A stretch of 64,000 nt of DNA. It comes from Trichodelitschia bisporula (taxonomy: Eukaryota). The position numbers were made by a program, and so were the translations under genes. Positions within the stretch are counted from its first letter, which is position 1; the number at the start of each line of letters is the position of its first letter. Location of the stretch: contig ML996697.1 in assembly GCA_010356995.1 (NCBI GenBank), positions 244,153 through 308,152 on the forward strand, read 5' to 3'. Positions 29,056 to 40,994 of this stretch are shown piece after piece. The notes beneath the pieces are model-generated. The model ran no database searches. It worked only from the letters and a program-made list of their open reading frames with translations, and was not told the DNA's origin.

Positions 29056-30451
29056 CGTTTATGCCCCAGCCTCCACCCCTCGCGGAGGAGTTGTCCAACG
29101 GCCAGCAGTTTCAGTGCCCAGACGGACAGAAGAGTCGGAGAGTGTTAAAAATGAAGAGAACAAGAATCGATCCAGTTAGTGCGCGCGGCGCAGTCTGGTT
29201 GTATCAATGGCTGAGGAGCTTTCAGAACGGCGAAGAATCAGATCGTACCCCATCTAAAGGCTCAGAGGCGGTTCCAGCAAAGACGGCCCAGATGATGAGA
29301 CAAGATCCGCAAGACACACAGCCGGGGTGTTTCGAGGCCAGCCGCAGTCGATGGAGATCGCAAACTTAGATCCCCAACAATAACGGGCGCGATTTGTCGA
29401 GGGAGAAACAGCGAGTTCCTGGCAATTACGACGTTTGATATGACGCAAGAACCAATGGATCAACGGCGAAGGAAAAAAAAAAAAGGAAATCGCAACGCGC
29501 AGTTTCAAGCGCAAAGCGGGCGGGGATGAAGGGCACGCGATGCGCGCAGGCAGTTCCACCACGTCGCAGGTTGCCTCGTTCGCTTGCGGAAGGAGAAGTG
29601 CGAAGGTTTGCGACAATCCAGAGAAGACGCAGGAAGTTGCGCAGCCCACTTTCCCGTTGACAACTCTTTCTCTTCCTGCGTGTCTCGCCTCAAGGCTGGG
29701 TTCAAAGGGAAGGAATAACAAGCGTCGAGAAGACGGGAGGGGCCGCGTTGCGTGCTGCTGGAACAAAGGCCACCCGGTTCCTGGAGCGGAAGTCTTCTCT
29801 TTGACAATGAGACTTGCAGCGCTCGACGTGGCGAGTGTAGGATGGCGAACAATTGGAGCGCACGCGACACCGAGCACCGACTCCGCGATTTGCTTGCAAT
29901 TGGTCCTTTTAGACTTTTCAGACTCGGAGGATGGATGTGCGCGGCGGGAGAGACGGGGAGTTGAAGAGTGCGACGACGTTGTCTCCGAAACGTGCGGCGG
30001 GAGCAGCGGCAGGGGTCGAGTACGAAAGGGTTTTGTGGTGTTCTTGGGATTGGGAAAGGGCGGAGCGCATGCGCCAGTGCTCGAAGGTGATGAGGCGGGA
30101 CGAGGGGATAGAACTGATGGCGAGTGAGGGTTAGAGGGTGAGAAAGCGCACGGCGATGGGAGGAAGGTTTGGTGCGCAGTGGTGTTTTGGTGTGGAAGGA
30201 GGAAGTCTTGGTGGGCGAGAGAGAGTAGGAGCAGGCCAAAGGTGGTGGTGGTGCGGGCTGCGAAGGACCGAGTAGGTAGACTGCGGACGACTTGCAGGAG
30301 CCCCGGACTCAGGACAGGCCAGCTCGCGGGGCGGGTGCCAATAAGGTAGGTTTTTGGACTAGTGTCAAGAGCGGGAAGGGCGGGTGGGAAACTGGCGATG
30401 CTAGGGAGTTGCAGTTGGTAGCCAGCTAGGGGGTGGGTATATAGTTTGCGG

Positions 30452-30515
30452 AGAGAGAAGAGAGATACGAGAGACAAGAGAGAGTGAGTGTGTGAGACAG
30501 AGAGAGAGAGAGAGA
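30452..30515. repeat. (GA)n/(GT)n microsatellite; CT-rich on the PDE2 sense strand
   Basis: gagagagaagagagatacgagagacaagagagagtgagtgtgtgagacagagagagagagagagat. Confidence 0.75.
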
Positions 30516-33500
30516 TAGGTGCCTTGAGTGGAGGTGGGAGGGGGGGTGCGTGTATTGGTACCTGTACTTGCTGCAGGCGAGGATAAATGGCAGGTACACA
30601 GTACAGCACCAATGTACCTCATCTACCTAGCTGCAGTTGGAGCAGTGGGTGGATTGAAGCTAGGCAGGATATGTGCCATCCAGGAGAGAACTGGTGGGAG
30701 TTGACAATGAAAATATGCTCCGGCCTCTCGAGCTTCATAGTAATCCGCAATTGGGGTGACAATCATCTAAGGCGACTTAGGCTATGAAGCACTCGATCTC
30801 TCTTCACTTCCTTCGTACTGTAGTACGGTAGTCTTGTCCATAGAGCACGGGAAGGGAGGAAAGCCGGGGGAACTCTGGGGGAACTTTTTTGGGGGGAGGG
30901 GGTGATGGGCGTCGCCTGTGGAAGGTGTCAGGCGTGTGCAAGGCCCAAAGAATGAAGCCAGGTGGGTCGCGGGAGGCGGGGGGCGCACTAAGGAGCAGGG
31001 GACGATGCACTATAGCCGGGGTCTTTTTTGGGGGGCCTTTACTTCAGTACTGGGGAGAAACGCACTGGGCCTTTTTGGGGAGCGGAGCTGGGTTCATGAA
31101 GAACTGCTGAGGAAAGATGGCGACAGTACCTCCGTACTTTTTATCTCTTTGAGAATAATCAACTCTATCGCTCCCCTCCTACAGACTCCCGACAGAAAAA
31201 CACTATCCCTTGTTCGTCCCAATGAGAGCCGAAGGGAAGCGCAGAAGAAGAGCTAAACTGCACGACTCGACGAGCCCCAGGTGCGGGGACTTGGCCTGTC
31301 TGGTGGTGACTTGGCGGACATGGACTCCCCTTGAACATTACACTTTTCGGCGTGCACAGACGCCTGTTTCCAGGCGTCTTCTGGAATGCGTCCTTACCAC
31401 TTCGAGAATAGCGTATACTGGATTTCCTTCCTTACGCCGCTCGCTACGCGCGGGAATGGGCGCGCACGCGGGGAATGGACGAAAACAACGAAAAGAAGCT
31501 GCGAAGAAGACGCGGAAGAAGGCGATAGAAGTAGTCCTTGATCCACTTTATATTCCACTCTCCAACCCCTATCTCGCGCCCTATCTCTGCCCTCCCACTT
31601 TGCAGATGTGGAGTTTTGTGTGGAGAAAGGAGAAGAAAACCTACAAGCAAAAAAACCATCCTCAATCGTCATCGGCGCAGTAACTAATCGGCTTTTGAGG
31701 CGCTTTGCTCTCCTCTTGTCTCAAAGTACGTAGTACGGTACACACACGCCGCAATATCTTTTCTTTTTTCTCATTTATCCCATTTATCGCGCGCCTACCG
31801 CGCTCCACTTCCTTCGTGTGGGCGTTCCAATTCGCCTTCTAGACTCGCTTGTAATCACGATACTCATCGGCTTTGCCGACGGGCCACCATAACAACAGCA
31901 GCGCACCCCGCGAGTCAGCTAACGTTGTTGGCGCAAAAGCACAAGGCTTCCCGAGCGAAACCACCGTGGTGGCAGCCAGTGCAGAGCCCGTAAATGCGCC
32001 TGTTGAACGCCTGTGTACGCGACGCGTCAGTGAAGGGAAGGGCAGCAGCAGATTGTGAGTATTAAGACACCGTTCAGCGCTTGATCTGAGCATCAGCGAT
32101 CGGATATGGCGCAAGGCAGCAGGCAAGCATCTCCGGCTGTTTTACCGACTCATTCCTCTCTCTTTCATCAATATCGCCCTGTCCACGCGCAATGCTCGAC
32201 CAGCCCCGCAGGAGCGCGCGATTCTCTCTCCGCCCTGTGCCCCGCGGTGTTTAATCTCCACCAGACAAACGTCAGCGATTTGCGCTGCTCCTTACTTCGT
32301 ATGTTTAGTTCTAATCCCTGGATCCTTCGAGGCAGCATGACCCATGATCCTATGAAAAAGCTGCGTAAATTAATATGGTCGCGGGCCTATGAACACGATG
32401 GCTAGTTTGCCAGTCTCTGCCCGGATCGTCTTCTCCCTTCTCCCTTGTCCCTTACCTCACTCCCACCGGGCCTGAGAGGATTCCATTCCAGTACCTTCCC
32501 CGCCGCCCACTCGCATTCCCTCTCCCCAAACCGCCCCTTGGCCCTACCGTAGAGGCGGCCGCGTGGAGGGGCTCCAAGACAGATCGCAACGGTCTTCCCC
32601 ACCCCCTCCCTCCACCATCGACGCCCATCGGCCAAGGCGCAAAAGCATGGTATTGTCACGGCATCAGATTAAAAAAGCAAGCCTCTCCATCTATCTATCT
32701 CCCTCTCCCCCATATTCACTAGTAGCGCCTGCCAAACCAGCCAGACAAAACATCCAGATCTCAGAGCCAGTCCAACATCCCCACCATCACCATCACCCGC
32801 ACCCTTTTCCCCACCCCCCAACATGCCGCATCCAGCAACCTTCCAGAATTCGCCCAATCCCTGCTCACAACGTGCACTTGCAGTCCGTCTCACAGGCCAC
32901 AGCTCCGCTCCACATGCAGACGACCACACCCGCCCGGCTCCGCGCCGACCTCTTCAAGAAGCGAACGTGCTACCTTGCAATGCAGGCGAGCTGCAATACA
33001 CCGCCGCCAATGCTGCGCTCCTTCGGCTCCTGCTGCCCTCGATACAACGATGTGCCCCGCCGGACATGGACCCCGCGGTGGGCAAAGCTCGGCGTGGCGC
33101 GAGTTGACCTCGAGTCCTAGACACGACATATCCCAAGTACATGGTACAACTGCGACTTTGCGGAGTGCTGCCGTTGTACCTCCCGGCTTTGTCGCAGCTG
33201 TCTTACACCTCCGCACATTCCCGCCTCTAGCCATCGCAATCATGGTGGCATTCCTTTGCACGATACTCCAACCTCATGTTTCACGCACGTAGGCCGTGCC
33301 CGGCCTTGCCATACGAACAGCGGGGCAAGAATTGGTGCCCCCCCTACTTTGCGTCCTGCTGTGCGCGGGCTATGGTTAGTGACCGAGTGGAACAACCAGC
33401 GGCCGTTTGGCCGCAGCTGGAACATTAGTCTAAGGCTGTGAAAGAGCGACGGCTGCGGAAGGCGTTGGAATACTGAGGTCTTAGGTTTGAAACGGAAGCC

Positions 33501-34299
33501 TGCGTCGGAAGATGATGATCAAGGAGTTGGAGGTTGGATGAATAAGCTGGACGGTGAGATATGATGTAACTCTGTTCGTCCACTACAGTACGTATCCAGC
33601 TAATAGCGCCGTTAGGGCGTTTGCTCCGGAGTATGTCATATGCTGGCCTTTCCTCACATCCAAATGATTGATTTGTAACCTGTGACGTCTTGCTCCTATG
33701 GCTTGCCGTTGACCAAGTCTTCCGGTTGCCAAAACTACCATCGCCCATTACCGGATCTCTGCGCCTGATCCGTCAACATGCTATTCTGGCACAGAAGTGT
33801 GTTGGCATCAATGCTTCCTAAGGGCTAGCTGGCACAATGCCACCTAAGTTAAGCTCGCCAAACGCTTTTTCGCCCGCATCGATGGAACCGAGTTTAGAAA
33901 CAGAACATGACACCCACTGCCTAAGGGTTAGCTGGATCAATGCAGGATAGCAATTGAGCAACGCAGGTATTCATCAGTCCCTTTTAACCTAGATATGTGC
34001 TCACTGACACCCCAGTTTCACACCGTCCTCGCTGGTTCTCCACACCGAGCTCTCCCTGGCAGTTACCGGTCGCTGCGAGAAACAGCCAGATCATGGCACG
34101 GTAAAACAGTGAATGAGACTCCGCAAAGAAAGTTAGTCTCTTTAACGCAGAGGTACTATAAGGCCTCATATTCCCGGTGGACCATGGCCCCCCGATCACC
34201 AGCAAAACTCATTTTCGAAAATGGTTTCCCCATTCGAAACCCGCGGATACGAAGAGTCCGAACCAGACGGTATGGGCATCTATCCACGTCTCGCATCGT

Positions 34300-35079
34300 A
34301 TGGCTAACAGTTACCCAGAGGAGTCGAGGGAAATCGACTCTGGCGACTCAGACTCAGACTCAGTGAGAGACTCAGGCTCAGACTCAGCGAGATACTCAAA
34401 CTCAGACTCAGTGAGATACTCGGACTCGGACGAAGTGAGATACTCAGACTTGGACGAAGTGAGATACTCAGACTCGGACGAGCCCACGCGCTGTAATTTA
34501 CGCCGCACTTCGCGCCGTACTTCGCCAGCCCGCACTTCACGCGCTGCTCAGTCCTTGATGCCCGGGCTTAAAGCCACCAACAACGCGTACTACTCTCAGA
34601 AGTTCAAGAGTAGGGTGAAAGCTCATTGCACTCCTTGTGTGTAGCTGCAGGGAGTGCGATTGGTTGCTCACCCTACTCTTATCTCGCCCTCGATCTGTGA
34701 CTAACACCTTCATAGGAAGGCCGCCGAAGAGTCGGTTCTGCGGTCCGCCGGAGACCAGCCGTTCGTTTACTGGAACCCCCCTGACCGGCCCTGAGCAGTA
34801 GATGCGGCTTGCGTCAGCGCCGAAGCTCTCGCGAAGGTGACCCTTGATGCCAAGCGGCCTATGGCTCTGATAACAGATTTCGAGCGCGCTCGTGTTCTCG
34901 AGCTTCGTGCCCAGCAAATCGCGGATGGGGCTCGGGTCTTCGTTAGGGTTAACGGCTTGACAGATCCTCTCCAGATTTCCAGAATAGAAATGCTCGAGGG
35001 GAAGATTCCCGGGATGATTCGAAGCTACAAGTCGAACGGGTCGTACGAGGAGTGGCCTTGTGCAATGCATATATTTTGA
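34300..35079 (+). CDS. Divergent RNA polymerase subunit Rpb6 (RPABC2)-like protein; proposed exons 34300-34609, 34716-34760, 34799-35079
   Basis: C-terminal ITDFERARVLELRAQQIADGARVFVRVNGLTDPLQISRIEMLEGKIPGMIRSYKSNGSYEEW aligns colinearly with the Rpb6 consensus ([41 protein letters not shown]...KIPL..RRYLPDG..EDW). The upstream exons are less certain. Confidence 0.75.
34342..34482 (+). repeat. Coding tandem repeat of 24-nt units (GTGAGATACTCAGACTCGGACGAA, VRYSDSDE) plus GACTCA hexamers
   Basis: About 5 degenerate copies are visible directly in the sequence. Confidence 0.85.
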
Positions 35080-35510
35080 GGCCTTCATTGACCTACCTCA
35101 TATCCATTTGCCGCGTCCATTCAGTGAGGCGCATGGGGCGCTTGATACCTAACCTGGTGGCCATAGGCAAAGGGCTTTTCAAAGCATATAGGTGAATTGC
35201 AGTTCTGACTTCGGATCTCCTCGGTCGCCAATCTTTCAGGATACTTACGCAAATACGAAGGCGGTTCTTATTCTCATGGTTTGCTCCGATTCGTGTGTAT
35301 TCGTTCTCGTAGTGGAGCCTTCAACTGTACCAGCGTGATCTATTCGCTAGTTCTAATCCCGGAGCCGAGCTACTACGTAGTACGGTATCGAGCAGCTACC
35401 CCGCCGTGGCCGCTGACGCAACTCCCCTTGGCCTTTCCTTGTCTACCCCGCCGACCCCGCCGACCACAACAGTCTCAACCCTCGATCCCTAATTATATTC
35501 AGAACCCAGA

Positions 35511-36495
35511 ATGATTTTCGAAACGGTTGCCACTATCGCTTCTTTTGGGGGCAGGCTCCTCAAACTCAAGCATGCCGCCAAGTCGACGAACTGTGAGATG
35601 GCCTTGAATCTCTACCTCCCGCCGCAGGCTTCGAATGGCAAAGTGCCCGTACTCTTCTATCTCTCAGGCCTGACCTGCTCCGGCGACAATTGCGCCGAGA
35701 AAGGCTTTTTCCAACACAGCGCAAGCCGGGAAGGAATTGCCGTTGTGTACCCGGACACGAGCCCAAGTACGAAGTCGTCCCAGTACACATAGTCTGTCTG
35801 ACGGATCAGGGGGCTTGCAGATTGAGGGCGAGGACGATTCCTGGGACTTTGGCACCGGTGCCGGTTTCTATGTCAATGCCACAAAAGAGCCGTGGACTAA
35901 GGGCTACAACATGTACTCGTACATTGTCGACGAGCTTCCCGAGGCCCTGTTCTCGGAATTCCCTGTTCTCGATTCAAGCAGTTTAGGCATTACTGGCCAC
36001 AGTATGGGTGGTCATGGTGCACTAACCATTGTATGGACATCTAAACACCGAAGCTCGCGCTAACGCCCAAGTACCTCAAAAACCCTGACAAGTACAAGTC
36101 GTGCTCTGCCTTTGCCCCTATTTGCAACCCGATAAACTGCGCGTGGGGCCAGAAGGCGTTCAAGGGATACTTTGGCGAGGACCAGCAGGACAAGTGGAAG
36201 GAACATGATGCAACTGAGCTCGTGAAGAATTTCGGCAGACCTCTGGCGCTTCTCATCGATGTGGTACGTATCCACACTCCCCTGCACGGTCTATGGCTGA
36301 AGTTCAAAGGGAACTGGCGACAACTTTTACAAGCAGGGACAGTTACTGCCAGAGAACTTCGTCAAGGCAGCTGAAGAGGCTACCCACCTGAGCGGCGTGA
36401 CATTGCGCATGCAGCCCGACTACGACCACAGTTACTACTTCATCTCTACTTTTGCGGACGATCATGTCAAGTGGGCGGCAAAGTATTTGCTATAG
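35511..36495 (+). CDS. S-formylglutathione hydrolase (esterase D), 3 introns
   Basis: [56 protein letters not shown]. Stop TAG at 36493-36495. Confidence 0.95.
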
Positions 36496-37212
36496 CAACC
36501 AAGGTTCCAGGACGTCCGCCGTTCGAGGGCGGCCTTGTAGGCCGGAGTTGGTAGGACGTGTTGAGAGAATGCCTTGGTTCCAACTTGAACATACACGTAC
36601 CACAGTACATATTAGCTAGCTGCCAGTTATCAACCGCACTCAGCTAACCTTATACTTGCGCCCTCAAGGTTGTATGCCTAGCGACAGACGAATCGAAGAA
36701 TGCCCCTCATTGGGATTCGATACCAAGCCAAACACTTGCATGATGTATTCATGATAGGCAAGCCACGAGCATCAAAAATGCTTACTGAGTGTGCCTGAAT
36801 GCGGACCCATGCCTGATGCGGATGTGGCGCGTGGCGGGGCACTGTGGCTCAAAGAGCCGGGCCAAAATGCCCCTCCGCTGCTCGGTTTCTCTCTGCAAAC
36901 ACTCCACAATCACCAACTCACGCGACACTCTCCGTCTCCACCCGACGGCCCTTTTGAATCTCCGCAAACCGAAATCGACTTGTTCTGTGCAGACCCACTG
37001 TCTCCGCAGCATTTCATCATTCGTTTCGCGGCCCCAGCTTGACCGCAACCTCACACACTCCCTTGGTGCTGTCACCTCGCGATGGTCCAGTGGTAACGTC
37101 AGTGCCTCGGTGCGTTGTGCTATTGGATCCAGGTCCACCACCTTTCCTCGAGGCCTTGACGTAGCCTGTCATCGTCTTCACGCACAAAAGGCTTCTCACA
37201 AACAACATCAAA

Positions 37213-40200
37213 ATGGATCCCTCACAGGTAGGAGTCACATTGCTGTGCGGGACAAGCCCCACTAATGCATATACTAGGTGGAAAGCGCGATTGAGATATC
37301 CTACGATTATCAGCAAAACAACTACAATATTCGGGCGCAGGCCTTGGAATTCATTACCCAGCTTCGGACCGATCCGTCGGCGTGGCAGGTTTGCCTAACA
37401 CTGTTCACTCGCCAGCCGCCCGCCAAAGATACCGTCCGCCATTTCTGCCTCGACGTCATAAACATTCCTCTCCAGTCTCCCGGGTCCGATGAAGGGAGTT
37501 GCATCTACATCCGTGACACACTCTTGAGCCATATCCAGCAAACCTATGGCTCCGGAGCGAGCCCGGACAGGCTGGACAGCACTCACATTCAAAGCAAACT
37601 CACCCAAACCCTTACCTACATATTCATAAAACTGTACGGCTCCGTGTGGGATTCTTTTTTCAAGGACTTCCTGCAGCTCGCTGAGGTGGGCTCTCTGGGG
37701 ACTAACAATGTCCCGGCCACTGCGCTCTACCTCCGCCTGCTGTCGTCCATCCACGATGAGATTGCCGATGTCATAATTGCACGATCTCCGGAAGAGGCTG
37801 CGCGGAATGCGAACTTGAAGGACCTCATCCGTGTTCGGGATATGCAAATGATCGTGGCTTCGTGGCAGGAAATACTGGCAAAGTGGAGATCGCTCGACCT
37901 CACCATTGTGGAACTCTGCCTCAAGACCATCAGCCGGTGGGTCAGCTGGATTGATATTGCCCTGATCCTGAATCAGGTTGTCCTCCAGCCCCTGCTCGAA
38001 ATGGTTGGCCAGCCCATTCTCTCGACTTCAACTCATGATGAGATCAAGCTCCGGGATGCGGCCATTACGGCCTTCACCGAGATTGCCGGCAAGAAGATGA
38101 GGCCACCCGAGAAGGTTGAGTTGTTCAACTTTCTGAGCCTGGCAACCGTTGTTGGTCAGCTCGTTGCCAGCCCGCCGCTGGAAAAGAACCGTAACACCGC
38201 CGAATATGACACCGATCTTGCTGATGCAGTTGCAAAGCTTGTGAACAATGTCATCAGGGATCTTACAACGATCCTGGAGTCGAAAACGGTGGATAATCAG
38301 ACCCGACAGGGTGCGAACGAGCAGCTGCAACTTTTTGCTCCCTATCTCCTACGCTTCTTCTCGGACGAGTACGATGAAGTCTGCTCGTCCGTCATTGATG
38401 CAGTGAACGATCTCCTGAACGTATTCCGCAAGATCAAGAGAAATGGACCGCTTCCCGCTGAATACGCGCAGATGCTCCCTCCCATCCTCAATGTCATTAT
38501 TGCTAAGATGAAGTTTGATGAGACTGCTGAATGGGGCGAAGACGGCGACGAAATAGATGATGCGGAATTTCAAGACCTGAGGAAGAAGCTCTCCCTCGTT
38601 CAACAGTACGTGTCTGCCATCGATGAGCAGCTGTATATGGACACCTTGACGGCGCTTGTCGTGAACACATTCAACAGAATCACTTCCAACGCCCAGAAAA
38701 TCGTCTGGCAAGAGCTGGACGTCGCTCTACTGGAAATGTACCATTTTGGGGACTTGGCAACCAAGAATAGGGGGTTATATCAGAAGCGTGAGGCATCTTC
38801 AACAGCGGCGCAGCGGCTTATCGAAATGATGACGCGGATGATGCAATCAGGTACGAGCTTTGACAACGCGATATTATGTTCGCTAACGGGTCAGATATCG
38901 CCTCCTACGATCACCCGGCCATCCAGATTCAGTACATGGATCTCTGTGTACGCTACATCACCTTTTTCGAACAGAACCAGCACTTCATCCCTCAAGCCCT
39001 CGAAGCGTACATCCGATTCTGTCATGGCGGTAACTCGCGAGTTCGGCACCACGCGTGGACTACATTCCACCGGTTCGTCCGCGGCGTGCGTACCCGGCTT
39101 GGCGAGCTGTCGCAATCTGTCATCCAGGCACTCGGTGACTTGCTTACTATCAAGGCCAAGCTGCAATCCGACAGCGACGCTGAAGATTATAGTGAAGCTT
39201 CCGACGACCAGGAAGACTCCGTGTTTGCCGCTCAGCTGAACCTGTTCGAAGCTATCGCCTCGGTTGCCTCGATTCCCTCGTTGCCTCTTGAAACTAAGGT
39301 CATGATTGTTCAGTCGGTTCTCAACCCGATCTTCACCGATATGCAGCAGAACATCGGACTTGCGGAATCAAACAATGAACAAGGAATCCTCCAAATTCAT
39401 CACGACATAATGGCTCTGGGTACATTCACCCGTGGATACGTCGACTGGTCTCCGACGGCTGCGAAAACCGTCGCCCCCCCTCCGGACGAGATCTGTGTAG
39501 AGTTTGCCCGGGCGGCAGAAGCCATTCTCGTCGCCCTTGAAACCCTAAACGGGGCTCCTAAAATCCGTCAAGCTGCTCGTTACTCGTTTGCTCGTCTCCT
39601 GGGGGGCATGGGTTCGCGTGTGCTCCCACAGCTCCCCCGCTGGATTAGCGGTCTGCTAACCGAAACTTCAGCGCGCGAGGAGATGGGCTTCTTACTACGG
39701 CTTCTCGAGCAGCTTATCTTCACCTTCAAATCTGAGGTCCTCAGCATCCTGGACACGATCCTCGCGCCCCTCTTCCAGCACGTCTTCGCGCATCTTGAAT
39801 CTCCGGTGACCGGAACTGATGATGAAATCGAGCTTGGTGAACTGCGGCGGGAGTTTATGAACTTCATTCTCGTCATTCTGGGCCAGGATCTTGGATCCGT
39901 ATTCGTGAGTCCAAGTAAGTTACGATTCATGTCGTTTGAGCACTTGCTAATGCATTGCAGATAACCAGTTCATCTTCGAGAACGTCATCAGCGCTGTTGA
40001 GCACTTTGCTCGCAATGCTGAAGATATTCCAACCGCCCGCCTTGCCTTCTCCGTCCTTGTCCGTATGACGTCGGTCTGGGGCGGGCCGGATATCCCTCTG
40101 TCCGCTCAGGACCAAGCCCCGGCTCCCCTTCTGCCTGGGTTTGACGCATTTGCAATTCAACGCTTCTCGCCGCTCAGCTGGGCCATCCCGTCCTCTGCTA

Positions 40201-40427
40201 ATTTCAAAGTTCAAGATCCAGCGGTGCGGAACCTCGTGCATGAGATTGCCAACCTCCAGCAGGAGATCATGAAAAAGACGGGTTCTATGTACGCTGAAGC
40301 GCTGCGCACGGAGCTTCGTAGCATGGGTCTCGGCGACGCGGATATCGACGTGTATCTGCAGACGCTGAGGGGCGACCAGAAGGCGTTCAGAGAGTTCATG
40401 GTCAAATTCCTGGGTCGTACCGGCTAG
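37213..40427 (+). CDS. LOS1: Exportin-T (tRNA export receptor, Los1/Xpo-t), 3 introns
   Basis: Importin-beta-like HEAT protein: QALEFITQLR..W, SIHDEIAD, LKDLIR, WVSWIDI, FFSDEYDEV, LRKKL. Confidence 0.88.
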
Positions 40428-40994
40428 GAGCTGAAGACTGGAGAGGATGTTTGCTCGTTCTGCACGATACCCCGAAGGAAAGCCGCTGAGGAGCTTGAGC
40501 ATAATTGCATTCACTGCGGGCTAAAGGAGCGATAAAATCTCATGTATAGAATCAGGACCATGGGCGTACTGCCAGTTGCTCTTGAACTAGATCGCCGCGT
40601 GGCTAGGCAAGACTCGCTTTGACATGCAGCAATCAATGTTCCAGGACCCTCCCAGCTTTTCTCAGCCGTTGTGGATTGTGCAGCAACCGTGATATGAGGC
40701 TGAGCGACCTTTTTTTGATGTTGCTCCTGTCACTTCCAACAGCAAGCCATGCTGGTCAACCCATCCCAGCATAGCATCGTGTTGGATGGGCGATGCAAAT
40801 CACCACGTTACGCGTGCTGTATTTAGCATCTGTGGATTCTAAACGCGGAAGACTTACGAAATTTTTAGGCTATGCTTTGCTACTGCGGAGTACAACATGT
40901 TGGTCACGATTCGGTGGCAAGGAGAGCAACCGAGTCGCGAGCTCATAAAATGGAGAGCCAACCGCTGTGATCGAGGCATCCAAGTATTTCGTCT

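Noticed and set aside
29254..30612. 452-aa minus-strand ORF upstream of PDE2
   Set aside because: Non-ATG start, low-complexity P/S/L composition caused by pyrimidine bias, crosses a microsatellite, and has no domain.
34342..34482. Tandem repeat considered as a CRISPR-like array
   Set aside because: No unique spacers, unit length is a multiple of three, and the context is eukaryotic.
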